Shown here piece after piece: positions 43,754-53,133 of a DNA stretch of 64,000 nt. How positions within the stretch are numbered: position 1 is the stretch's first letter; every line of letters begins with the position of its first letter. The DNA comes from an uncultured Acidobacteriota bacterium (lineage in GTDB: Bacteria > Acidobacteriota > UBA6911), in assembly GCA_963827655.1 (NCBI GenBank), contig CAWHCF010000041.1:32001-96000 (forward strand), read 5' to 3'. The position numbers were made by a program, and so were the translations under genes. The notes beneath the pieces are model-generated. The model saw nothing but the letters and a program-made list of their open reading frames with translations, was not told where the DNA came from and made no database searches.

Positions 43754-44611
43754 ATGCTGAAACGCCAGAAGTCGGGAGCTGTTCTTTGCCGTTCTTGTGG
43801 AAAGCTGGTCGGCGTGAACGACGAGAAATGTTTGAACTGCGGCCATTCGAACCCGGCCCTGTGGGGTTTTGCGCCGGCCCTCCGCCGCCTGGGACAAGAC
43901 CTCGGGTTCGTTGCAATCGTGATCGGCGGATGCGCCGCTCTCTATACCGCGACACTCCTTGTAGATCCCGAAGGAATCCGCACCACGGGTCTCTTTTCTT
44001 TCCTTGCTCCCAGCACGCGCGCTTTGTTCATGTTCGGCGCCAGCGGCGCGATGCCCGTATTCGTTTACGATCGGTGGTGGACGGTGCTGAGCGCTGCCTG
44101 GCTCCACGGTGGTTTGCTACACATCATCTTTAACATGATGTGGATCCGCCAGCTCGCTCCGGCCACGGCTGAACTGTACGGACCGGGGCGCATGGTGATC
44201 ATTTACACCGCCGCCGCGATCAGCGGCTTTGGACTGAGCACTCTGGCCGGCGCTTTCTTGGGGTCCCTTCCTCTTCTCCTTCGAGGCGCGCAGTTCACGA
44301 TCGGAGCCTCAGCGCCCCTCTTCGGTTTGTTGGGAGCCCTGGTACTCTATGGGCGTCGAAGCGGAAGCAGCTACATTCGCGCTCAGGCATTCGGCAACGC
44401 GGTCGTCCTGTTTGTGTTCGGTCTCGTGATGCAGGGAATCGACAACTATGCCCACCTCGGCGGGTTTGCGGGAGGGTACCTGGCGGCAAGATGGCTGGAT
44501 CCCCTGCGCCCTGAAAGAGTCGAGGACCAGATCGCCGGCCTGGCCTGCCTCGGGCTTTCGGCAGCGTCCATCCTCGCGTCCCTCTTTCATGGATTTAACC
44601 TCTTTCGATAA
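43754..44611 (+). CDS. Rhomboid intramembrane serine protease with N-terminal zinc ribbon
   Basis: CRSC..CLNC; LHGGLLHIIFNM, IGASA and AHLGG motifs. Confidence 0.9.
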   Translation: MLKRQKSGAVLCRSCGKLVGVNDEKCLNCGHSNPALWGFAPALRRLGQDLGFVAIVIGGCAALYTATLLVDPEGIRTTGLFSFLAPSTRALFMFGASGAMPVFVYDRWWTVLSAAWLHGGLLHIIFNMMWIRQLAPATAELYGPGRMVIIYTAAAISGFGLSTLAGAFLGSLPLLLRGAQFTIGASAPLFGLLGALVLYGRRSGSSYIRAQAFGNAVVLFVFGLVMQGIDNYAHLGGFAGGYLAARWLDPLRPERVEDQIAGLACLGLSAASILASLFHGFNLFR

Positions 44612-44642
44612 GCAAAGAGGGCGCAAGAGAGACCCCGGAATC

Positions 44643-46082
44643 TCACGACTTGCCTGAAGCTTTCTTGCCCCCTTCCCGCAGCAATTGCTTCAACTGCTTG
44701 ATTGTCTCGGCATGCTTGGAGTCGTTGGCCAGGTTCTTCAATTCACGCGGGTCGCTGTCATGATCGTACAACTCGGTCCCTTTTTTCCCTTCGTCCCATT
44801 CCGTGTAACGCCAGCGTTCGGTCCGCACGCTCTTTCCCATGAACCTCTCCTGCGCGGCCCCGCGAGTGACCTGCGTAATAGCCGGCTCGTCCCACGCTTG
44901 CTGGGGATTGTCGAGTAGAGCCCGCAGGCTCGTTCCTTCCAGCGCCGGCGGAGCCGCCAACCCGCACAAATCCGCCAGAGTCGGGTAGAGATCGACGAGC
45001 TCAACCGTGCGCGGCGATGCCTTGCCGTTTCCTTTCCTTGAGGGCGCCGACACGATGAGGGGAACCCGCGCGGACTCTTCGAACAGGCTCATCTTCTGCC
45101 ACTGCCCATGTTCGCCCAGAAGCCAGCCGTGATCCCCAAAAAAAACGACGATTGTATTGTCAGTCAGCTTCAATCGGTCAAGGGCATCGAGTACCCGGCC
45201 AACCTGGGCATCCATAAAGCTGATGCTGGCAAAATAGGCGCGGATAAAGAGGCGAAGCTGATCCGGGGGGACGCCGTAGTGGGGCGGCGTAACCGATAAC
45301 GCGGCGGATGGCAAGGCACCCAGGTGGTCCGCAGGCTCCTGAGGCAGTACGATCTTTTCGAGCGGATAGAGGTCGAAGTACTTCTTGGGCGCGACGCAAG
45401 GCACGTGCGGGCGATAGAACCCCGTTGAAATGAAGAAAGGCTTGTCTTTGTTCTCTTCAAGCAGGCGGATCGTCTCGCTGGCGACTTTGCCGTCGGTCTG
45501 CTCTTCGTCTGTGCCCTCGGCCGCAAGCCAGCAAAGAGCCGAGCCCAGCCCGCGTTGCGGAGTGTAGTTGGTCAGCTTGTCCTCCTCATCTTTGTCGCGC
45601 CCGCGCGGATTGACCACGAGGTTCCACGATTTCTCGTCGTCAAGTCCGCTGGTGCCTATCTGGCCTGGAACGCCATAGTGGTAGAGCTTGCCGACGCGAG
45701 CCGCAAAGTAGCCGTTTTTCTGAAACAGCTGCGGCAGAGTGGTCGCCTCGGGCACGTTTTGACGGAAATGAGTCATGTTCTCGTAGACCTTGGTCGTATC
45801 GGGCCGCAACCCTGTGAGGAACGAGGACCGACTCGGGTTACAAAGCGGAAACTGGCAGTAGGCACGATCAAAGCGAACGCCCCTGCGCGCCAGCCGGTCG
45901 ATATTGGGCGACTTGACCAGCCGATGCCCATAGGATCCCAGCGCATTGTTTAGATCGTCCACTGCGATGAACAGAACATTCATTTTTCTCGAAGGCTGCT
46001 GCGACTGGGCTGAGAACTTCATTCCAACGACAGTAAAGGCGGCGGCTAGAAAAACAAGAAGCGCGAATAGTCGGCGACGCAT
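44643..46082 (-). CDS. Sulfatase (iduronate-2-sulfatase-like, S1 family)
   Basis: [32 protein letters not shown] and DHGW motifs; AGGAGG RBS. Confidence 0.92.
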   Translation of the reverse strand: MRRRLFALLVFLAAAFTVVGMKFSAQSQQPSRKMNVLFIAVDDLNNALGSYGHRLVKSPNIDRLARRGVRFDRAYCQFPLCNPSRSSFLTGLRPDTTKVYENMTHFRQNVPEATTLPQLFQKNGYFAARVGKLYHYGVPGQIGTSGLDDEKSWNLVVNPRGRDKDEEDKLTNYTPQRGLGSALCWLAAEGTDEEQTDGKVASETIRLLEENKDKPFFISTGFYRPHVPCVAPKKYFDLYPLEKIVLPQEPADHLGALPSAALSVTPPHYGVPPDQLRLFIRAYFASISFMDAQVGRVLDALDRLKLTDNTIVVFFGDHGWLLGEHGQWQKMSLFEESARVPLIVSAPSRKGNGKASPRTVELVDLYPTLADLCGLAAPPALEGTSLRALLDNPQQAWDEPAITQVTRGAAQERFMGKSVRTERWRYTEWDEGKKGTELYDHDSDPRELKNLANDSKHAETIKQLKQLLREGGKKASGKS

Positions 46083-46171
46083 CGAATTCCTCCTTTGGCG
46101 GCTCGAAAACAACCCGGAACGCGCATTGTCATACGAATGGGGTGGCCGGATCAATCCACTTGACGTTCCCG

Positions 46172-46272
46172 GCGTTTCTTCGTGTCTTCGTGGTTAGAGC
46201 TGTCTAACAAATACCACTAAGGCTCAAAGACACGAAGAAACACCAAGAATCTTGCCAAAAAGCAAGAAGTTA
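46172..46272 (+). repeat. 9-mer-based palindromic dispersed repeat, full copy
   Basis: tttcttcgtgtcttcgtggttagagctgtctaacaaataccactaaggctcaaagacacgaagaaacaccaagaatcttgccaaaaagcaagaagtta. Confidence 0.85.
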
Positions 46273-46375
46273 CGACCCTGTAATACGAAGACTTGAAGAC
46301 ACCGTTTGGGTCACGACACACCATGAGACTTCAGGTTTATACTGTATGATCTGATCAGAAGAAGGAGAGACGCCC

Positions 46376-47026
46376 ATGGAACCAGAGATATCCGATTTGC
46401 GCGTGATGGCTCAACGGCTCGAAAAGCTCGAAAGACAAAACCGGAGGCTCATGCAGGGGGGAGTTCTGGCTCTGGCCGTCTTGTTCTCCATCGTATGGAT
46501 GGGACAAGCTCCTCCTCCTCGCAAGCTCCGCCCCGTCGAGGCGGACAGATTCATTCTAAAGGACCCGACCGGAAAGAAACGGGCGGAACTGATGATGGAG
46601 GAGACCGGCCCGGGCTTGGTGTTATATGACACCGCTGGGAAGCGTATCGGCCGATTTGGAGGAGTAAGCAACGGGGCCGGGCTCAGCCTGCAGAGTGTCG
46701 AGGGGGGGGCCAGACTCTCGCTCGTGTCTCAGCCCGAGGGCCCTTACCTGTTGCTCTTTGACGCCGAGGGAAAATTCAGAACTGAATTGGGAGCAGGCCA
46801 GAGAGGGCCCTACATGCTGCTTCATGACAGTGATGGAATCCCGCGTGCGGCTCTGGCCCTGGACAACGAGCAACCCAAACTTCACCTCTCCGATAGCCAA
46901 GGGTTCACAGCGATCCTGGGCAGCAACCCGCTCGTGACGGCGAATACTCAAGCCGTTCAGAAGACAAATGCCGCCTCCCTCCTGTTCTTTGGCAAAGACA
47001 GGGAGATTCTCTGGCGGGCCCCCTAG
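46376..47026 (+). CDS. Membrane-anchored hypothetical protein with L.L.D..G..R beta-hairpin repeats
   Basis: AAGGAG RBS; RLEKLERQNRRL coiled coil, one TM helix, ~21-aa repeats. Confidence 0.75.
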   Translation: MEPEISDLRVMAQRLEKLERQNRRLMQGGVLALAVLFSIVWMGQAPPPRKLRPVEADRFILKDPTGKKRAELMMEETGPGLVLYDTAGKRIGRFGGVSNGAGLSLQSVEGGARLSLVSQPEGPYLLLFDAEGKFRTELGAGQRGPYMLLHDSDGIPRAALALDNEQPKLHLSDSQGFTAILGSNPLVTANTQAVQKTNAASLLFFGKDREILWRAP

Positions 47027-47259
47027 GGTCGGCGCAGAAACAGGTCTGATCCAGGCCCCGAAGCGGCGCGAGTGGACCTGCGTACGCGGGTACGCGAGGA
47101 GCGAGCAATATGGCCAGGGCGGGCCAGCCAGACGCAGCCCAAACGGGCGCAACAAGAGGCTTGCCAGGCTGTAGCGCTGGCGTGAACACCTTTAAAGAGA
47201 GGAAAAAATCCCTGATTTTTACTCCCGGCCATCGGGGAAAGAAGTCCGCTGTTTATCTC

Positions 47260-47272
47260 CAAGTGGTTGATA
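47260..47272 (-). promoter_or_regulatory. IHF binding site
   Basis: Reverse strand reads TATCAACCACTTG, matching the WATCAA-N4-TTR consensus, ~30 bp upstream of the sigma54 site. Confidence 0.55.
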
Positions 47273-47302
47273 TTTCGATTTGTAAATACCAAGCTTGTTT
47301 CT

Positions 47303-47318
47303 TGGCACGGTGATTGCA
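47303..47318 (+). promoter_or_regulatory. Sigma54 (-24/-12) promoter of the OmpA-family gene
   Basis: TGGCAC-GGTGA-TTGCA, exact consensus and spacing, 70 bp before the ATG. Confidence 0.75.
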
Positions 47319-47387
47319 GTTGGGTTATGATGCAAGGGCTGTTAAACATCTTAAACTGAGGAGTTTCTTAGCCAGGAGGGGATTTCC

Positions 47388-48485
47388 ATGAGAGATTTCG
47401 CAAACCGCCAGCTGTACTTCGCGCTGGTTGTTGCTGTCGTGCTTGCGATTGCCTTACCCGCTACAGCACAACAGAGCACCGCCAAACCAGACGCCCAGAA
47501 GGCGCAGCCGACTCAAACCCAGGCGTCGCAGCCGGCCGCAAAAGCAGAGCCGACCGGTAAGAAAATCGAAGTCAAGGGTACAATCGTGAAGCGGGACGCT
47601 GATACCTTTACCCTGCGAGACCAGCAGGGCCAGCAAACCGTGGTAACGCTTAACAACGAAACAGAAGTCAAGGAAAAGAAGAGCAATCCGTTCCGCCGCT
47701 CCAAGAACTACGCAACGACGCAAATCATGCGCGGTCTCGTCGTGGAGGTCGAAGGACACGGTGATACCGGCAGGATTACGGCAGACGAGATCAGGTTCAC
47801 CGACGTCGACTACAGAATGGCTTCCTCAGTAGAGACGGCGGTGGTCCCAGTCGAGGGTCGCCTGACTCAGAGCGAGACTCGATTGACCCAGGCGGAAACC
47901 AACGCGCAGCGGCTTTCGGGTCAGGTTGACGAGCTGAGCGCCGTGTCGAATGCCGCCAAAGGCGGCGCCAAGGCGGCCCAGGAGACTGCGGATGCCGCCA
48001 TGGCAGGTGTCAACGAAACCAAAACCCAAGTTGCCGCAACCGGCGAAAGAGTGAACCGGACCAACGAACGGATTTCGTCACTGGACGATTATGATGTCAA
48101 GCAGAACCTTGTGATCAACTTCAAGGTCGGCAGCGCGGTTCTTTCGAAAGAGTCGCAAGCCCAGCTCGATACTCTGGCCGAGCAAGCGAAGACCGATAAG
48201 GGGTATGTCATCGAGGTCACCGGGTTTGCGTCCGCCGATGGGAATGAGGATTATAATCGCCGCCTGAGCCACAACCGCGCCGACGCAGTGGTCCAGTATC
48301 TGGCGGAAAACCACATGATCCCGTTGCGGCGGATCATTACTCCCTTCGGCTACGGGGAAAAGCAGCCGATCGCCGACAACGCGACTCGTGACGGCCGGCA
48401 GCAGAACCGCCGCGTGGAGGTCAAGATCCTGATGAACAAAGGGCTGACCGAGACAGCGAAGGCATCTGCGCCCACCGGACCCTGA
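47388..48485 (+). CDS. OmpA-family protein (signal peptide, DUF5666-like OB domain, coiled coil, OmpA_C)
   Basis: F..GS..L, IEVTGFAS..G...N..LS..RA and GYGE..P...N.....R..NRRVE motifs; AGGAGG RBS. Confidence 0.9.
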   Translation: MRDFANRQLYFALVVAVVLAIALPATAQQSTAKPDAQKAQPTQTQASQPAAKAEPTGKKIEVKGTIVKRDADTFTLRDQQGQQTVVTLNNETEVKEKKSNPFRRSKNYATTQIMRGLVVEVEGHGDTGRITADEIRFTDVDYRMASSVETAVVPVEGRLTQSETRLTQAETNAQRLSGQVDELSAVSNAAKGGAKAAQETADAAMAGVNETKTQVAATGERVNRTNERISSLDDYDVKQNLVINFKVGSAVLSKESQAQLDTLAEQAKTDKGYVIEVTGFASADGNEDYNRRLSHNRADAVVQYLAENHMIPLRRIITPFGYGEKQPIADNATRDGRQQNRRVEVKILMNKGLTETAKASAPTGP

Positions 48486-48521
48486 CTGATAAAGGCATGA
48501 ATAGAGTTGTTCTTTGACCGG

Positions 48522-48558
48522 GCGGCTCGCTCCCAGTCGGGGCGAGCCGCTTTTTTTT
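48522..48558 (+). terminator. Rho-independent terminator
   Basis: gcggctcgc...gcgagccgc stem followed by T8. Confidence 0.8.
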
Positions 48559-48588
48559 CTACCAGCATTCTCGAGGGGTGGGGTGATC

Positions 48589-49533
48589 ATGCAAGCCAAA
48601 CAAGCGATAATCAAGCTTGCTCTGGTTTCAATCCTCTCCGTTCCCCCCTTCTGCACGGTTCAATCCCAGACGCTTCCGGGCCAGACTCCCGTCATCCGCG
48701 TCAACGCGAACCTTGTCTCCGTTCCGGTATCCGTGACAAACAATGCGGGAGAACCAGTTCAGAATCTGCGAGCCGAAGACTTCAGAATCGAAGAAGATGG
48801 AAAGCCCCAGACCATTTCGAACATGGGAGAACCGGGCGAGGCCCGGATGGAGCTGGCTCTGCTGTTCGATGTCTCAGGGAGTCTTTTCCCCAAGTTCGAC
48901 TTCGCCAAGGAGGCGGCCTCACGGTTCCTCCAATCAATTCTTCGGCCCGTGGATGCGGTTTCCATCTACACCATCGGTGCCACGCCGCGACGCGTTCTCG
49001 ACAGGACCATGGGCGCGAAAGCCGCACTGGAGGGCCTGGCAGCGATTAAACCCAGTCGCGAGCAAACGGCCTTCTTCGACGCTGTGATGGCAGCCGCAGG
49101 TTCCGTGGGTCAGGGCGCGGCGCCGGATGCGAGACGCGTGGTCGTGGTCCTCTCGGATGGCGAGGACAACAACAGCGAGTCCAACAGGCTGGCCGGCACG
49201 CTTCAGGCGCTGCAGCGCGCCGACTGCATCCTCTATTCGATAAACCCGAGCGGTCCCTCGATTTGGCTGAACAAGGTCAGTCTCAAGGGGCACGAGGTGT
49301 TGAAGCAGCTGGCTTCTCAAACGGGAGGGTCGGCGTTCCTGCCCGATAAACTGGAGGACCTCGATGCGATATTCACGCGCATCGCGGCCGAGATCAAGGC
49401 CCAGTACCTGCTGGGTTACTATCCTCCCGACAATCCGATGGACGGCTCCTTCCGGCGCATTGCGGTACACGTCCCGAAGAGGCCGGAACTCCTTGTTCGC
49501 GCGCGCCAGGGGTACTACACTTCTAAACCGTGA
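48589..49533 (+). CDS. Acidobacterial-type vWA domain protein
   Basis: IRVNANLVSVPVSV, DFRIEEDGKPQ, MIDAS DVSGS, LSDGEDN, QYLLGY and VRARQGYY motifs. Confidence 0.9.
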   Translation: MQAKQAIIKLALVSILSVPPFCTVQSQTLPGQTPVIRVNANLVSVPVSVTNNAGEPVQNLRAEDFRIEEDGKPQTISNMGEPGEARMELALLFDVSGSLFPKFDFAKEAASRFLQSILRPVDAVSIYTIGATPRRVLDRTMGAKAALEGLAAIKPSREQTAFFDAVMAAAGSVGQGAAPDARRVVVVLSDGEDNNSESNRLAGTLQALQRADCILYSINPSGPSIWLNKVSLKGHEVLKQLASQTGGSAFLPDKLEDLDAIFTRIAAEIKAQYLLGYYPPDNPMDGSFRRIAVHVPKRPELLVRARQGYYTSKP

Positions 49534-49595
49534 CTCGTGTCCCTGGTGTTTCTTCGTGTAGTCTCATGCTGGTTGAAACCTCTCGAAGCGTCCCT

Positions 49596-50375
49596 ATGAG
49601 CTTCCGCTCTCTATCATCTATCGTCCTATCGCTTGCGTTTCTCGCAGCCGCTGCTCGTGCCGGGACGCAGAATCAAGATCTCGCACCGCGGCCCGATCCG
49701 ACGACTTCACAGGCCGAACCCGGGCTGTCCAGATCGGACGTTATAAGAACCGCCGAAGAGTATAAAGCCAGCCTCGAAAGGTTGATCCCTTTCCAGGAAG
49801 CCTTCATCAAACGTGCCGCAGAAATGGCGGAGAAGCGGGAGATGCTTTTCGCGCAGGGTCTCATCTCGAAAGTCGAACTCGAGCAGAGTCAGGCCGAGCA
49901 AGCGGACGCTAAAGCGAAGCTGGAGGAGACTCTAACGAAGATTTCGGAATCGGCCAACCTCATTGCCGAAGCCAGGCTGGAGGAAGAGCTCGGGCAGGCG
50001 AAACCGCCAGACCCTGACGTGGTAATTCGCTACACAGGCCCTGAAATCTGGTCGCTCTCGAAACTGGTCAACATCGAGAGCTTTTTCGCCGCTCGATTCG
50101 GCCACACGCTGCCTGTGAGCGCTTTTGGTCAGACGGCGCTGCACGACCGCCTGGGTTTCATGCACGGAGAGGCCATCGATATCGCGCTGCACCCCGACAG
50201 TCCGCAAGGCCAGGAGTTGATGAATTACCTGCGCAGCGCCGGTATATCGTTCATCGCCTTTCGCACGGCCGTGCCGGGATCGGCTACAGGCGCGCACATC
50301 CATATAGGAAAGCCGTCGCCCAAAAGCATCGTCGACTCGCGGCGTGTTCGCAACTTCATAAGTAGCACCTCCTGA
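49596..50375 (+). CDS. Exported coiled-coil protein with putative C-terminal LAS/M15-like Zn-peptidase domain
   Basis: Signal peptide, helical N-half, GFMHGEAIDI and GAHIHIG motifs. Confidence 0.6.
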   Translation: MSFRSLSSIVLSLAFLAAAARAGTQNQDLAPRPDPTTSQAEPGLSRSDVIRTAEEYKASLERLIPFQEAFIKRAAEMAEKREMLFAQGLISKVELEQSQAEQADAKAKLEETLTKISESANLIAEARLEEELGQAKPPDPDVVIRYTGPEIWSLSKLVNIESFFAARFGHTLPVSAFGQTALHDRLGFMHGEAIDIALHPDSPQGQELMNYLRSAGISFIAFRTAVPGSATGAHIHIGKPSPKSIVDSRRVRNFISSTS

Positions 50376-50497
50376 CGAAGTCCACCCTCCTGAGACCCGC
50401 CCGGCTTCATGAATCGAGTGAGCAAGTCCGTCCTCTGTCACCGTACCAGGAAGCGTCAGGTTCGACTGACTTCGGGCCAGTGCTGATTGCCGATTAC

Positions 50498-51307
50498 CTA
50501 TCTGGATGCGGGCGTGTTCGGAGCTTCGACCAGAATCTTGCCGGTAAGCAGGTAAGCGAGGGTCTGGTTCAGGTCACGCTCATCTGTGGCAGCCAGAACC
50601 AGCCCTCCCGCATCGCGGACCGCGTTGAATCGATCTGCCTTGATATCGAACGCCACGAAATAAATCGAGGCGCGATCCTGTTCGCGCTGCCGGGCGATCG
50701 CTTCCGCGACATCGCCCGGCGAATAACCGCGGGTATTCTGCCCGTCGGTAACGACCAGGATGTGGCGGCGCGAGAGACGGGTCGCGTCCAGGTCGCGCTT
50801 GGCTACGATCATGGCATCGCCGATCGGAGTTCCCCCTTCGGCCTTCAGGCCCTTCAGCGCGGTCTCCGCCGCCCGCAGATCCGGTGGCCCCAGCGGCACG
50901 GATTTCCGGCAGTGCGGCCCTCTATCGCGGGAACTGAATTCGTAGATGCCCAGGCTTATCCGGCGATCTTTGTGCTCGATGGAAAACTTCTCGAACTGAC
51001 GTACCAGCTCCAGGACGGCACGGCGCGCAATCTGGAGTTTAGGCTTCTTTGCTCCGTCGGCATCCTTAACTTTGTCCTTCATGCTTCCCGAAGTGTCCAG
51101 CACAACGATTGCGGCAGTGCCTTCCTGGAATTCGATGTCAGGCGGCAGGCGCAGTTGTTCCTCGACAGGATTTGCCGGCGCCGAGCCGGATCCACCAACC
51201 TGACGGTGGGGCTCGCAACTTGCAGCGAGAAAAGCGCTCAGGGCAACCAGCGCCAGACTCCAACCCGGCCCAGCCAGAGGCTTACTTTTGTTCGGGCGGA
51301 AAGACAC
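50498..51307 (-). CDS. vWA domain lipoprotein (start uncertain)
   Basis: Lipobox-like LAASC; MIDAS DTSGSM, GGTPI and VVTDG motifs. Confidence 0.85.
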   Translation of the reverse strand: MSFRPNKSKPLAGPGWSLALVALSAFLAASCEPHRQVGGSGSAPANPVEEQLRLPPDIEFQEGTAAIVVLDTSGSMKDKVKDADGAKKPKLQIARRAVLELVRQFEKFSIEHKDRRISLGIYEFSSRDRGPHCRKSVPLGPPDLRAAETALKGLKAEGGTPIGDAMIVAKRDLDATRLSRRHILVVTDGQNTRGYSPGDVAEAIARQREQDRASIYFVAFDIKADRFNAVRDAGGLVLAATDERDLNQTLAYLLTGKILVEAPNTPASR

Positions 51308-52988
51308 TGATTTCTACTCGCCGATTCAGAGCGTGATTGGCGGACTCACCGGGATCGGCCGGCTGATCCCACCCTTTCCCCTCGATGGTGAACTTATTGG
51401 GATCGAACTTGAATTTCTCGATCAGAGAGCGCTTGATCGCCTCGGCGCGGGCGAGGCTGAGGTCGCGCACCGCCTGCACTGGAACGCGCCCCTTCATGCT
51501 GGAGTCGGTGTGCCCTTCGATCAGAATGACGGCTCGAGCGAATTGTCCTGCCAGGCGCGCCACCTGCTCGAGCGTCGCGCTTACATTTGGATCATATAGC
51601 TTGCCGGCAACAGTGGAGCCGCTCTCATCGCGCGCAGGCTCGTAAGGGTTCGCCGAATTCGGAAAGAAGTTGATCCGAATGGTCTGGGTCAGGATCGGAG
51701 CTTCTGCGGTGATCTTGCGAAAGCTGGCCGGCGTAAAGGCGGCGACGCTTTCGTCCTTGTGGTGCGCGAACATTCCTTTCTGCTGGATCTTCTGGACGAA
51801 GGTAAAATCCATCACCTGGTCGAACGACGCCGGAGCGTTGATTCGACCCAGCTCGCGATAGACGTAACTTGCGTTCTTCCACGTGCGCTCGAAATTCGTC
51901 GGATTGGAAGCATTCAGGAAAAACTGGATATTTTCCGCCAGGTTAGTCAGGTGCGCGTCGTTGCGCATCTTCATTACGTCTTCGGGTTTCATTCCAAAAG
52001 CATCCGCCATCCAGCGGGCCGCCTCCTCCGGTTTTTCCTTTACCAGATCCATCCCTTCGAAGATCCCGGCAATCAGTCCCTCAACCACCTCGGGATGATC
52101 GCGCACGAAGTCGGCGCGAACTGCGTAAACATCCGCAATCAGCTTGTTGGCGTCAGCCGTACTCGACAGGATGCGCGTCCCGGCAATACGTTCGGGGATA
52201 TTGTAGATATCCGGCGCCCACGAGACGCAGGCGTCCACTTTCTTGTCGGCCACGAATGCGGCCGCGGCTTCGAACGCCGTGGCCGTGTATTTCGGGTTGA
52301 TATCGGCAGGGCGAAGCCCCGCCGAGAGAAGCAGCGAATTCAAGTAGTATTCGCTGGGCGAATTCTGAGCCAGCGTGATGGTCCGCTTGCGCAGATCCGC
52401 GACCGATTTGATGGAGCTGCGCACCACAATCCCATCGCCGCCGTTTGACCAGTCAATCTGCTGAAGGATGCGGGGAGCGGTCCTGGAATCGCGCTGTAAC
52501 TCAGGCGCAAAGAGGGTCATCATGTCCACCGTTCCCCACAGCGTGTGGACCTCGCCGGCGGCGAAAGCATCGCGCGCCGCGACCGGATCGTCCATCAGGA
52601 CCATTTCCAGACGAAACCCGTGTTTCTTGGCAAACACGCTGTCGGGGTTTGGTTTTGTTCCCCGATTGGCCGCAATGACCGGAAGCCAACCGCCCCAGAC
52701 GTTGTAGGAGAAGCGAAGGATCTTCTCGTTCGCATTCCATTTATACTGGCTGACGCCCTTGACGGCGGGCAGACGATCGGCCGGGACGTACTTGTATTCC
52801 TTGACCGTAGTGACTCCCGACGTATCGGGAGCTTCGGTTTGCGGGCCCTCCGCTCCGGGAGTCGCAGCCGAGCGGGGTTGTTGGCTCTTGCGCGCGACGA
52901 TAATCGCGCCGGCCACAATCAACCCCACGATCAGCAGGATCGAAAGAAATTTACCCAAGGTCGTTAACCGGGCTCCTTCATTAGCCAT
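51282..52988 (-). CDS. Membrane-anchored NMT1/SsuA-type solute-binding protein fused to OmpA_C
   Basis: One N-terminal TM; WGGW, DWSNGGDGIV, SWAP and IADV (PBP2 fold); C-terminal IEGHTDS, LS.ARA and NRRVEI. Confidence 0.88.
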   Translation of the reverse strand: MANEGARLTTLGKFLSILLIVGLIVAGAIIVARKSQQPRSAATPGAEGPQTEAPDTSGVTTVKEYKYVPADRLPAVKGVSQYKWNANEKILRFSYNVWGGWLPVIAANRGTKPNPDSVFAKKHGFRLEMVLMDDPVAARDAFAAGEVHTLWGTVDMMTLFAPELQRDSRTAPRILQQIDWSNGGDGIVVRSSIKSVADLRKRTITLAQNSPSEYYLNSLLLSAGLRPADINPKYTATAFEAAAAFVADKKVDACVSWAPDIYNIPERIAGTRILSSTADANKLIADVYAVRADFVRDHPEVVEGLIAGIFEGMDLVKEKPEEAARWMADAFGMKPEDVMKMRNDAHLTNLAENIQFFLNASNPTNFERTWKNASYVYRELGRINAPASFDQVMDFTFVQKIQQKGMFAHHKDESVAAFTPASFRKITAEAPILTQTIRINFFPNSANPYEPARDESGSTVAGKLYDPNVSATLEQVARLAGQFARAVILIEGHTDSSMKGRVPVQAVRDLSLARAEAIKRSLIEKFKFDPNKFTIEGKGWDQPADPGESANHALNRRVEISVFPPEQK

Positions 52989-53000
52989 GGTTCTCTCCTC

Positions 53001-53131
53001 GATTGCAGATTTCGGATTGCAGATTGCGGATTCTATCGATCTCGGATTGCGGATTTAAGAACTCGTCAACAATAGAAATCTGCAGGTCTGTCAAGTCCGC
53101 AATCCGCAATCCGCAATCCGCAATCCGCAAT
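53001..53131. repeat. Inverted heptamer repeat hairpin (GATTGCG / AATCCGC x5)
   Basis: gattgcagatttcggattgcagattgcggatt ... tccgcaatccgcaatccgcaatccgcaatccgcaat. Confidence 0.85.
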
Positions 53132-53133
53132 TG

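Noticed and set aside
16037-46272. GTTAGAGCTGT motif resembling a type II CRISPR repeat
   Set aside because: Copies are dispersed kilobases apart, with no repeat-spacer periodicity and no cas genes.
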